Assembly: GCA_040954595.2 (NCBI GenBank)
Contig: CM082585.2
Location: 8,441,549-8,505,548, forward strand
From: Balanoglossus misakiensis
Taxonomy: Eukaryota > Animalia > Hemichordata
DNA length: 64,000 nucleotides
Direction: 5' to 3'
Within the stretch, counting starts at the first letter, position 1; every line of letters starts with the position of its first letter. The notes beneath the pieces are model-generated. The model did not search any database and was not told the DNA's origin. It worked only from the letters and a program-made list of their open reading frames with translations. The position numbers and the translations under genes are program-made. Positions 38,101 through 49,819 of this stretch are shown piece after piece.

Positions 38101-41100
38101 TGTGCTTTGTGGTTATACTTTTTTTTTGCCTGACTGTATGTTATCCACTGTGAAAGACTTGTATCATTGTTGTAGATCCAGTTCTATTGACCATTGTGTT
38201 GGAAGGATGTTGAACCCTTGAACAATGGAAAAATAGCTTTGTTGCCTCATTCAAATGTTGGCAGAGATTCATGTCAGTTTTCACCAATGCTCAGTACTTT
38301 CTTACACACGCAGTCTGCACTTACCAATGGTTTGTTTTGGTTCTTCCACGAAAGTGAAATTGAGATGTGATTTCAGTTGTTCGATTTCCTCTCGCCCTCT
38401 CTTGATCTTCTTCGCCTGCCACTTGTGCTTCCTGTTCAACTTCTTGATGTGTTGCCCGCTCTCCTCGCGGTCCCTTCTGATCTGCCGCCAGAAGCGCCCG
38501 CCGCGCATTTCGAATCGGTTCTCGATGTCCTCCAGCCGCTCCAGAACCTGCGAATTGGTCTCGAGAAGTAGCTGGATGCGATCTTCGAGCGCCGACTGCG
38601 TGTCGGTCATCCCTTGCATGCCGGTCACTGCCTCGCTGATCTCCGGGCACGAACTCTCCCCTTTGGGGAAGAGGAAAGTGTACGCGCACTCATTTCGGAC
38701 GGTGCAGTAGTCGCGGAATTCTTCGCACACCTGGTCTTGGTACGGGTCATCCGGCTTCTGTGACTCTGGCTTCTGGGCGAAATTCCCACCGCTCGCCAGC
38801 ACCCCGACGAATGCAAAGGGCAGAAGGCACACGACTGCAACTCTCATGGTGACCGTTCTTCAGAACTCTGACTGATCCCAACACAACATGTGCCTTTTTA
38901 TCACAGCTTACATCCCTATTACGTAACTTGCATGTAAAAAAGTTCAAAAAAAATATCATCTGCATACAATGTAGACTGATTACCAATCAGATTCAGAGGA
39001 AAAACAATGCAAATCCATGGCAACCAATAAGAGCACACCTTAAAGAAAATGCCACCCATCTTCAATTGCATCAGTCGCTGTAAAGTTTTTTGTCAACATC
39101 CTAAATGAAGAACCATTTATAAAAGAATTAATTATCACCGCATAATTCCAATTACTCCCCCTTTGAACATTTAATCACACTTTAAGACCTGTTATAACAT
39201 GATCAACAGGAAACAGGCTCCTGTTTGTGAAATCATAGACAATAGAATGATGAAATGCCCTTTACACAAACCTAAAATGGTCCATCTGCCCTGAGCAAAA
39301 TTAAATTGGGGGGTCTGAGTGAAAGTCTCCCCTCTACTTTCTACCCTACAGATTTGTTTTAAACGTGACATATCCAGTAGACAATGCGTTGTAAAGAACA
39401 AGTGAGTGATGGGTTCAATGTTGAGTGGATTTTCCTCATAGCCAGAAAAGTCACTCTAAATTTCACAGCTATTGTTCAGCTACATAAAAGCCCAAAAACA
39501 ACACCACCAGATGTCAACTCTGTCCATTTTCCCCTGTCAAATAAATCTTTGAAAATGGTTCAGGGCTTATTCAAATTGTGCCACTTATAAGATTAAACAA
39601 GGGGATGCTAATGCAGTTTGGTAATGACCTCTCATTGTCTGAGGTAACAAAGTGAAGGACGCAGTTGCCTTCATGAAAGGAACAAAGCTTTCCTGTGAGC
39701 TTATTTTCGTTTCTTGGAACAAGTTCTAGGTGTTTGTTCTGTACACAGAAACAAGCCAAGTCACAAGAACTAGTATGTTTTTCATTCAAGTTTATTAATA
39801 ATACACACAAGATATAGCAATATAGAAATTCAAATATTAGCAATATTAGTGCATGGAAAGCATGTGGCCAACTGACTGACTTGCAGTACATTTGGTTATT
39901 GTGCATGCAATTGAACAACTAAGAAAATATTCCCCTTTGTGGACTGAGAGCTGAGTAGTGGCTCCTGCTAGAATAATTTCTTATGAGAGACATGGAAAGA
40001 ATAAACATAATTTTCAAACTTCTTACAGATCGATACAAGCCGGCGAAATTCAAGAATGAGACACGATCTTAATGTTTGATCAAGACACATTTTCAGATTA
40101 GCAGACTACTATAGTTTACTTCAACCTATGACACCTTCATCGTGAGTCTTCATTTCTGACCTTGACATTTGACCTTAAGGTTCCTCTCCGTGGCTTGCCA
40201 CCCTCAACGACAGGTTGAAGATGCCCTCGCCGGCGTCGTGGTCGATGTTGCGAGCCCAGGCTTTGCATTCCAATTCCACCAGTGGCACTGTTCCGCTGGC
40301 AAGTCCCGTGAATCGCACTGCGATTACGGGCGATAGGTACGGCGTGTAGTCGACGTTGACGGGCGGGAAGTGCTTGATATCGATGTTGTCCTGGCTGTAG
40401 TACCCGATCGTAACCATTGTGTTTCGAGCTTCAGCTCCCTGGGTGAACATACAAAGTTTTGATGAATATCTTTGACAAACATGTATCTATTTTCTCCATT
40501 CAACACTTGTTGATGTCTCAGGTGTTGAACGGGGTACTATTCAAGACAATCATCTTGAAATACTCGTTGACTGTTAAAATACATTTAAATTAAAGATGTT
40601 CCAGAGAGAACAACTTTCAAGTTTCATGTGAAATGTTTGATACAAAGATAGGAAAATATGACAAAAACATTAAAAAGTCAGTCATGAGGTTGTAGCGAGT
40701 TTGAAACCCCAAAGAATTCGTTAAATTCTTATGATTCAAGCTTGATTTGTGTTGTGGTGATCGAGTTGCAATTGCTCATGGCATTTTAAATACCCCTTTC
40801 GGAAATAATTCTATTGACCACTAGAGGGCGCCTTACCCTAGCTTCGCATGTCACAGGCACTGCGGTTTGATTGTAGAATGCGTCCTGAATTTCTTCTGGT
40901 ACATTGTCAAATGTGTAAAGTTCAGGAATCCAGTTTGGTACCTGAAAAAAAATGATAAGAATTTAGTGGTGTATTTGCATGGGAAAATACTTACTTTCTC
41001 TGGACTTGTGGGTCTGAATACTATTACATCCACACATAGTCTGATAGATTTGAAAGATTTGGCATGAACTGAAACAACGTGTATGTGCTGCTCTTTAATA

Positions 41101-44100
41101 AACATTTTCTGCTGTTAGTGAGATCTCACTGAAGACTATGCTGGCTCAAATTTCGTAGCATACACCCACCAATGTTTGAAACCCCAACCTTCGAGTTGCA
41201 ATATACAGATGCTTTTAAACAACAACTCTAAATAAGTACCTGGCTCAAATGAAAGAAGACACAGGGTTTGCCAACGTGGTATCCATAGCTACCACGTATA
41301 CAGAATTCTGTCAGTTCTTGAAGCGAGAAGTGACATAATCTCGGGCGATTTGATGGGTATCCATCCGGACAGTGCTCATAATACTCTGGATGTTCCTCAG
41401 CATCTTCATAAACTGTCATTGAAAGTTTAGATTTTCAGTTAGGTGTGTTCAATTTGGCTGTTGGTGTGAAATCAAAGGTGCAGGATCACCTATGCAAAAT
41501 TAACCACTGTTACCATGGAAATTGAAACATAGTCAATCACACAGATTTTCAGTGGGTAGCACATATGCGATAACTGGTCATTGAGTGTTGATTGACAACT
41601 AAATAAACAGACTGTACCTTGTAAGAATTCTTCAATCTCACTGACATACTGGGCATAGGAATCTTCATCGTCTATGTTGAATGAAATAAGGTTTGTATTT
41701 GGCACAGCCAACAACTCTGCAATTTTAAAAAAAGAGAATATTTAAATCTGTTCCGTGACCTTGATTCTAAGCACACCAAACAAAATATCCTTACCATGCA
41801 ATTATAATTTTCAGTAAAAACCACAAACGTGGATTTCTACAGAATGATATTACGATTTTTATGAATTTCATATCCTTTTGCAAAGGGTACGGTAGATCAC
41901 CAGACATTGTTGTACACCTCCACACGAAACTAGTCTGTCCCCAGTTTCGGAATACAATGAAGTCTCATTTGCAATTTGTCTTTAATGTAATTTGATGAGC
42001 GGTGTTTAATAACAGGACCGGTGGAATGTCATTGGGTTTCACTCACGTCCACCTCATTTAACTTTTGGTATTTTCTGTTTTTTTTTGTGGCAGCTGACTA
42101 TGGATGTTTCCTGAGTGACAGCATGGCCAAAAATCAGCCCCACCCGGCACCCCCAACCTTACCCACTTGCCCATTTACTTGCACGAATCAAGTGCAGAAA
42201 AAGGATAACAAATAAACACACATGGTACACACCAGTTTCACTTCATATTTTACCACTGAGCTTACTTGAGAAAAGTGGGAGAAAATGCCAAGCCCACAAA
42301 AAGTTTTACTTTGTTTTTTTACCATCTAGTTAACTTATATCAAACAGATGCTTTTACATGTACATGTACTATGGTTACAGTTGCAATCTGTGTGGAACAA
42401 ACCATTGGTGAAGAATGAAAAATACTTTAGTGTAGTATCAGTTGGTGTTAATAAAATCCCGTTAACTCCTTTGTCTTTCTATTCTCAGTTTTAAAAAAAT
42501 ATTGTCTTGAAAATTTAGCTCTTGAGTACATACCGATTCCAGAAGGTGATCTTTCAGCTGTTGAGGTTTCTGGAGAGGTTGGCGAGGTTTCTGTTGTTGG
42601 TTCTGCTGCACAACATTCTTCCAGTTCCTCTTCTAATCTGTTCACCCGACGTGTCAGAAATCGGTGTTTGCTGTAAAGATCGGTGAATTTCCCATCGTAT
42701 GCCGCGTGGGACTCTTCGAGCTGGTTCTGGAGGCCGCGCAGAATCTCTTCGTGTTCGGCCAGCTGGTTCTCCAGGGTCTGCACTTGCTGCCGGAGCGCCG
42801 AGTTCTCGTCTTGCAGCTCCTCGATGTCGTTGTCGCGGCGCTGGTTCTCGCGGACCAGCTCGTCCAGGTCGGTGACGGTCTCGCGGAGCTCCCGGCACGA
42901 CTCGTCGCCGGTGACCAGGAAGGTGTAAGCGCAGGTGTCCTCGTTCTGGCAGTAGCTGGCCAGGTCGTCGCAGCCCTGATCCTCGCGGGATCTGGAGCGG
43001 GTGTCCTCTCGGGATCTGGAGCGGGTGTCTTCCCGCGATCTTGACTTTGGTTTCTTCCTGGCCAGGGCCCCGTTGTCGAGGGCTATGACGAAGACAATCA
43101 TCAGGAGAAGAAAGAACTTTGCCATCGTTAAGATGTGACAGTGCCCGACACCCTGTGCTTTCTCGTGCTCTTCGCACCTAGTGTTCCGTCTGTGAGTGCT
43201 CTAACACGCAGTGAACACTTGTTGAAGTTACTGTCGCTCTTATTCCCGGATTTTCCCAGGGTCCCGTTCTAATGAGGGAATATTGTTTCCTTTCCAGTAC
43301 TGTACAACCAATCAATCTTGAGCTTTGCATGCCAGTCAGATGATACAGAGTACACCCATGCATATACCGGTACACTGAAGCTGACCAAATCATCTCCGCA
43401 AATTGGCTTTTTAATCTCATTTCCAGCACCATCATTTAGGCCCACAGCAGTGATTAAAACCATCCAGGGGGGTTGGGAGACAATAACACATAGATTACTT
43501 TCCTGTCAAGTGTGTTGAGGTAAACCAGTCATCCAGTAAATTGAAGTTGACATTTAGTGTTTGTTTCTTACCATATTTCTCTCTCTCTCTCTCTTTCTTT
43601 CTGTCTTTCTTTCCCTCATAGATTTAAATTTTTGGTCTCTGTGACATCCAAATGTAAATATTTGTGACATACACATGTACATCATGTGTTTTACATCACA
43701 GTGATCTTGAACCTATCAACCTAAATCTCCAAGGTCACTGTGACATTTTCAGCTAACCTCCAATGTCACCCAGATAAGCACTTCCTGTGTTTGTTTCTGT
43801 ACAGTTCACTGTTCTAATGAAAACAGCACGCATGAGCATTGACGAAATACATCACCAGTTTCAAGATTTATTTTGACCGTTTTCAGTTTGTTGGCAACTT
43901 TAATGCATACCGCAGTGGACTTTCTAAGTCATACGAGCAATTGCTAAGTAACAACTTGACTTCAATCAGTATGCCACTTTCGTTTAGCTATTAAATGATC
44001 AGACATGTTGCAGACTCTTCCAGCACTGATAACGTCTCCCCTTGTTGTCATCTTTTTGGGGTAATAATATTAATGACATTTCTTTGTCTTTACTTTGACT

Positions 44101-46961
44101 CTGCAGTTACAAGAATCTGCATATGTACGAACTTCAACAAGCGACGAGAGTGATTGAATGGATCTCTAATGATGGTAAGAGATTAAATAAATTCTCATCA
44201 ACACATCTTACGTAGTCTAGTATCTAGCTGTGTTTTGTCCGATTTGCCCCAAGGTGACTAACACCACAGTTGACAAAATATGGCTAGATACTAGACTACA
44301 TCTTTTGATAAAGTGAATGTGCGTCACTACACTCATGCAAACAACTGAATCTTTCATCAGGATTCATTGCGGTGTACTTTGAAACCGTTTTTTCTGACGT
44401 GCGTTGCATATATGGTCAGTGTCAGGCCGGCTACTTATGAGATTACATATAACGTCATTCCAGCGGTGTGTGTTGCCGGGTGCACGGAGGGAAGCAGGAA
44501 TGAAATCCTGGAGTTGAAAATTCCGGACAAACTGCTGGAGAACTCGGAAAGCGACGGACTCAACAAGGAGCGGGATTTCAAACTGAAAAGCGGCGGATTT
44601 TCCGACCGGCCAATCCACTGCCTGAAACACATTCCAAGTTCGAGGTCAGTGAATAATTACATTGCAGTTGCCACAGGCAGGTTGCCAATGGATAAAGTTC
44701 ATGAATTGTCCGATCAGTACTAAAAGATTACATGTAATATAATTTACACCAGAAGAGGAATTGAATATCTATTTCTCCATTCGTCTCAATCAATGTGTGA
44801 TAACATATGGATTCACCAAACAGGATTATTTAACTTATTTACTCGGCAGTCTCTGCCAACGCATCAATTCATGACATGATATTAACTACATGATATAAAT
44901 ATTTATATTTTGTGCAGATTAGTGATTACATCAGGACCACCTGACAACTCGGCCCAAGTTTGGACTCTAGGCAGCGACGACAGCGATGTCATCTGTGTTA
45001 CCAAGGCGATAAATCCAGAGAAACATTCATCATACCACAGTCACCTGGACACCCATAGTGATCTGACCGATAGCTTCCTGATGGGGTCTGTCTGTCAAGA
45101 CATTCAACTTGTTGATGTCCGTACTGGCCAGCCAAAGTTCCACTCAAGTAAGTGACCAGTAGACTTGTCTGCCAATGACCAATTTTTCATTGTTTGCGGT
45201 CAAGTATGTGTTTTATTTTACCTGTACTTGCATAATACACTGCAAAATCATGGACAATGTTTTTTTTTTATTCATCAGATATTGATTCTAGAGAAAGGAT
45301 CTGTGGAGTGAGACTTCTCGATTCAAACACTTGTATTGCATGCTCAAGTGAATCTGGTGAACTTTGTGTTATTGACATGAGACTCGGCTCAAGTAGCCAA
45401 TCGCAACAAAGTCACCGGTCACATGACAGGGATAAGAACCTATCAGATGTCAAGGATGATCAGTCTAATCGACAGACATGCGGCAGTGACAGCCAATCAC
45501 AGTGCAGGACACAAAAAACTCACGACAAGGAGTTCTCTGACCAATCAAAGAAACGGATGGATCGCGGCATGAACGAACAGAAATGTTGGAGTTTTGATGT
45601 GTGTGATGGAAGGACCAAGGAGACAACAGACTGCGGCGCTGCCAAGAAGATGAAACTAGATTGGACTGACACGCAGATATTCAGACTGACTGCCGACAAA
45701 AGAATTCTGGTGAACGACCTCAGAAACATCAAAGACCCGCTCGCAACCTTGACTCTACAGATTCCAAACTGTTCAGCCGGTGTGCATATAAAGGTAGATT
45801 TTAACTTTCACTTTTCAGATTCAATAACACTGTTCGAGGACACCCCCCGGATAAACATTGACAAATCTGTCTGTTGCATAAAATACAAGAAATAATTTGT
45901 CCAATTATGTGAATCTCATAATACAGCTAATTTCCTGCCGTCATATTACATCTATAGAGTGCTCAAAAATAAAATTGTTAAAACGGTGATTAGGATAAAT
46001 TTTCAGTGCATATGTGATGTTCCATCGACATGGTAAACTTTTGCAATTATTGTACTAGCTATAAATATTCACCACTAGTCTGCCACTATTAGAAGTGCTC
46101 ACTAATATATCATTGCAATTACCCCTGATCATTTACAAACCAGTTTCAACATTTCCACCCCACCAATTCGGGTTAGAGTTAAGTAAACTGTCCTAGAACC
46201 CTTAGAAAACCCTCATGATATATTGTAAGTTTTGTGTAGAAAAGTGTTTTTTTGTGTGTGTAGCAAATCACCTATTGTGTCCGAAATTCAGTTCAAGTGA
46301 ATGTTTTTTTTCTCCAGAGTTGTACGTCGGATCTCAACTATTTGTCAGTTTCAGGTGAGTGATCAAGAATAGAGATGTCTCCAGTATTGTGTTAATATAA
46401 TGTTTAGAATAAATCTCAGCAAAATATCAGCTTTCTGTAAGTTCATTGTACTCATCCTAAATCCTTTCAGATAGTATGGATTTTGCATAATGAGATTTCA
46501 GTAACCCCACTTGCTATTAAACTGTACATTAAGCTGCTCTTCTCTGTGTGAATTGCTTGTTAAGTTTGTCTGTCTTTTGTTCTCTGTTTAAATGTTTCCT
46601 AGCAAATAAATTCATTGTTAGGTAAATACAACAGTTAAATAGGATTTTAAATATCTTCTTCAAGCACCCTGCCTTTAAAATCCAACTAACTCTCCCACTG
46701 AAATTATAAATGTTATTTTTCTTTCTATCTACAGGATTTGACAACAGAGTTTACATCTATGACATCCAGAATTTCCAGCAAGGAGCCACTGGTGAGACCA
46801 GTGATTTGGAGCCCATATTTGTGCATGGGGGTCACATGACCAGCGGGTCAACCAATCAGGAGGTGGTAGTTCTGGAACACACGTGGCATCCATGGAAACC
46901 GCACCTGATGATGTCGGCGGCCAGTGATGGTTCGCTCCATGCGTGGGAGTGGCTGGTCTGA
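35135..46961 (+). CDS. WDR73: WD repeat-containing protein 73 (Integrator assembly factor)
   Basis: Exons 35135-35211, 44107-44174, 44464-44644, 44918-45147, 45279-45793, 46318-46354, 46735-46961; phases compatible, ~444 aa. DDWMIKSMKSYKNLHMYELQQATRVIEW, NEILELKIP...ERDFKLKSGGFSDRPI..LKHIP, QVWTLGSDDSDVI and the C-terminal FVHGGH...HTWHPWKP..MSAASDGSLHAWEW match WDR73 as I recall it. Confidence 0.9.
35710..35857. mobile_element. Hairpin plus inverted repeat flanking a (GT)n tract; possible non-autonomous Helentron-associated (HINE-like) fragment
   Basis: 8-bp stem gggttgac-cgaga-gtcaaccc (35710-35730); 19-bp inverted repeat tagctatggtaacgcagct / agctgcgttaccacagcta around a GT and G-run spacer. 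Confidence 0.4.
36331..38847 (-). CDS. Secreted coiled-coil protein with Na+/K+-ATPase beta-subunit-like ectodomain (paralog B)
   Basis: Exons 38847-38325, 38021-37914, 37367-37192, 37064-36963, 36627-36331; GT-AG, in frame, ~401 aa. Signal peptide MRVAVVCLLPFAFVGVLA, C..YC....CAYTFLFP....C, heptad coiled coil, then GLTVHP...LIHF, GYQEGKPC, GWKP, EYFPY, PLVALQF, VCKAWAANI, GKVHFTL (X,K-ATPase beta ectodomain motifs). Confidence 0.85.
36770..36950. repeat. Degenerate ~16-bp minisatellite (tttgcaataattcaac-like)
   Basis: Repeated tgcaataattca cores in the last intron of paralog B. Confidence 0.6.
40175..43125 (-). CDS. Secreted coiled-coil protein with Na+/K+-ATPase beta-subunit-like ectodomain (paralog A)
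   Basis: Exons 43125-42534, 41716-41618, 41412-41240, 40941-40837, 40438-40175; in frame, ~410 aa. Signal peptide MAKFFLLLMIVFVIALDNGALA, CAYTFLV, long coiled coil, S/T/P linker, then LISF...SYAQYVSEIEEFL, YGYHVGKPCVF, NWIP, YLSPVIAVRF, ECKAWARNIDHD. Confidence 0.87.
40818..40832 (+). promoter_or_regulatory. CTCF-like binding motif
   Basis: CCACTAGAGGGCGCC matches the core CTCF consensus; binding is not demonstrated. Confidence 0.45.
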
Positions 46962-47829
46962 GAGAGAGACTGTTCGGCCGAGCTGCAGCAGTCTTGCATT
47001 AGTCGTGCGGGAACAGTTTATTTCATTTGTTACATTGAGTTTGGCAAACACAAGTCATGAACAATCATTTATGTGATAATTATTTTTTTTTATTAAATAG
47101 TCATAAAACAGCAGCACACTGTTGAATTCTCATGTCTGTGATATTGTGTTTGAAGTAAATAAATTTTTGTAACAAATGGGATTTCATGATCATGATAAGA
47201 GGAAATAAATTTTTGATATTTTTGATAATTCTTTCATATGTGTGTACCGAGTCAATGATAGTTTATTTTGACATCATCACCACCAGAATATGGGACATGG
47301 TTTTTCTTGACCGCTGTATTAAAATTGTTCAAAAGCCTTGATAAGGCTGCATGGCTAACTTCCCACAACCATGTTGGTATCCTGTCCACGCTGTAGCCGT
47401 GATTTCCTCTTTGACTTCATGTTGATGCCTCCAGATCTTTGAGAGGACAATTCCTGTGGTAAGTATCGTTTTTTTTGGTGTAGTGAATCTTGGTATGTAA
47501 CATTAAAATCATGATTACATCATTGATGTACACGCCCACCGACATCTTATCAAATATGTGCCTGTGAACTAAATTGGATTGAAATGTATATAAAAAACTA
47601 TGTATGTATGTGTGTGTGTATGTATGTAAATGGCATGTTGCTTCATACAAAATGACAAAAAATATTTGCATTTCACACTCGGAGTAGTGGCAAATTATTA
47701 ATGAATTATTGCTCAGTAAAAGTCACAATTTGCGTGGTATCAGGCAGTGTTTCATAATGCACACAGTGGAGAGAAGAAGGTTGGTCTCTTGGAGATCCGT
47801 ATTGCGCCACCTGTCGAGAGTATCAGACA

Positions 47830-48777
47830 TTACTTTGTTTTTGTTTCAGGCTTCTCAACTTTCAACCAGTTACTGTTCCATATGTCCCTCAACCGAGCTC
47901 TCTCGTCGTTGTTGACCGTTAGCATTGACCTTATGAGGTCACGGCATTCTTTTGAGAGGCGATTTAACGGCCTCGGCCACCTTGGGGTTCTGTTCATCGC
48001 ACTGCGCATAGCTTCCACGCCCTCGCTTGTACTGAACGGCTGCGACCCGGTGACCATGAAGAAGAGAACCACGCCTAGCGACCAAATGTCCGCCACTCTT
48101 GGATCGTGCGGCCGCGCGTCGAAAATCTCAGGAGCCGCGTAGCCGAACGTGCCGCTGCGACTGGTGTGCAGTTTCGATCCCGATTTCGCTATTTCCACCG
48201 ACATTCCAAAATCGGCCAGTTTTACACCTCCGTGCCGACAGAGCAGAATATTCGAACCAGATATGTCGCCGTGTGCTATTTTGGCCCGGTTGTGACAATA
48301 CGACACGGCCAGTAAAATTTGCCGGAACAGTTTCTTGGCCTCCGATTCCTGAAGCCCCCTCTTCCGTCGAATGTACGCCTCTAAGCTCCCTCCCTCGGCG
48401 AGGTCCAGAATCGTGTAAAATTTATCATCGTGCTGGAAGTAGTCATAAAGATCGATCACATTCTCGTGGCTTAGACGCTGTAAAAGTCTGATCTCCCTCC
48501 GGACGTACTTGTCGACGAAATCGATCGGGGCGAGCAGTTCGTCCGTGATCTTCACCGCCACGTCGCAGCAGAATTTCACCGAGTAGGCCCTTTCAACTCG
48601 CGAATAGGCGCCGGTCCCGAGTTTTTCTCCCGCGAATAGGTATCCCCTGAGGATCGCGTTACTTCTACCGTTGTCGGTCGGCAAATCGGATCTTGGCGGC
48701 GGCATTGATTCGGAGAAGAGTTTGGAGTTTCCGATTCCCGTGGAGGAGACCGTCCCGCCGACCGGTCCGCAGTGCAT
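47830..48777 (-). CDS. TSSK: Intronless testis-specific Ser/Thr kinase (TSSK)-like protein, 315 aa
   Basis: LRGYLFAGEKLGTGAYSRV, VAVKI....AP.DFVDKYVRREI (TSSK-typical), DFG, YAAPE, PHDPRVADIWSLGV; single GC-rich exon. Confidence 0.85.
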   Translation of the reverse strand: MHCGPVGGTVSSTGIGNSKLFSESMPPPRSDLPTDNGRSNAILRGYLFAGEKLGTGAYSRVERAYSVKFCCDVAVKITDELLAPIDFVDKYVRREIRLLQRLSHENVIDLYDYFQHDDKFYTILDLAEGGSLEAYIRRKRGLQESEAKKLFRQILLAVSYCHNRAKIAHGDISGSNILLCRHGGVKLADFGMSVEIAKSGSKLHTSRSGTFGYAAPEIFDARPHDPRVADIWSLGVVLFFMVTGSQPFSTSEGVEAMRSAMNRTPRWPRPLNRLSKECRDLIRSMLTVNNDERARLRDIWNSNWLKVEKPETKTK

Positions 48778-49819
48778 GGCTTTCCCCTATCGATAAACTG
48801 TCTCCTTGGTTACATGGAAATTCGGACACACAGATTCACGATTTGCTGTTCCTGAATGCGTGGAAATGGTGCAAGCCCATAACACCTGTTGCTCGGAACT
48901 GCTCACTCGGGGAGTAATGATTTTTCAATAAAAACGGCGAATCAAAAGGCCTACAAGCGACTCGATGTAAAGGTTTAACCTCGGTAAAAAGGAAACAAAA
49001 AGTTTGAATGTACCGAAAAAAACGGACTAGAAAGGTTCGTCACTTGTCAAACTCGTCTCCAGGCGCAGATTTGTTATCTGTACGTCGGTCTCCTCGCTGT
49101 CTTCCTCAAGAATGCGCCCCATGTGAATTATTTCAGAAAGTTGATTTGACGTCAGCTGGAACTTGCCATTGTCCGAGGGCACAAATAGGCTGGCGTCATC
49201 GTCCGCATTCCAAACGCTATTGAAAGCTGAAGTTAAGGCCGATATGTTCCCCCTTTGGAGCAGATACCTCTCTGGCAGGCTTTTCAACTTCTGCGTCTGA
49301 TCGGCTTACGTACTGCCAAATCTGCTTTTCCAAAACTGACCAGCCGACAACATTAGTGTTCTCGTTAACGCGCACTTATGCCAGCCAGGTCCGTTTTACG
49401 AGCGGCGCGTCGAAAACCCGCCGAGATTTTATGTCCAACACCTCGTGGTAAGACTGTCATTGCACTTGGGGTACAGTTTGTTTGAATCACGAACCTTCTG
49501 TTAAAAAAGGAAAGTGTTCTGAAATTAAATTATGGCTCACGATCACCGTCACCATACGTGACTAGAATACAATGAGTACTAATTCTTTGTAATGGATAAA
49601 AAAGAACCTTTGGGGGTTTCTTAACAAACATTAAGTATATAGGCCTACCAGAGCTGATCTAAACGTTACCAGAGAAACAAAAAAAAAAAACTTAAGTGTT
49701 CGGCATTAAGGCGTCATCAACGCAAATGACTAGCCTACTCAGCCAATGTTTGGAAATTCCAATCAATCGTCGCAGAGACGAACGGTTATGATTTTGGTTG
49801 GCGGCCTAATGGACATTTT

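Noticed and set aside
42554-43177. Overlapping alternative-frame and antisense ORFs over GC-rich exons (also 38255-38710, 48099-48491, 26836-27342)
   Set aside because: They are shadows of real coding exons with GC-rich codon usage and have no recognisable motifs.
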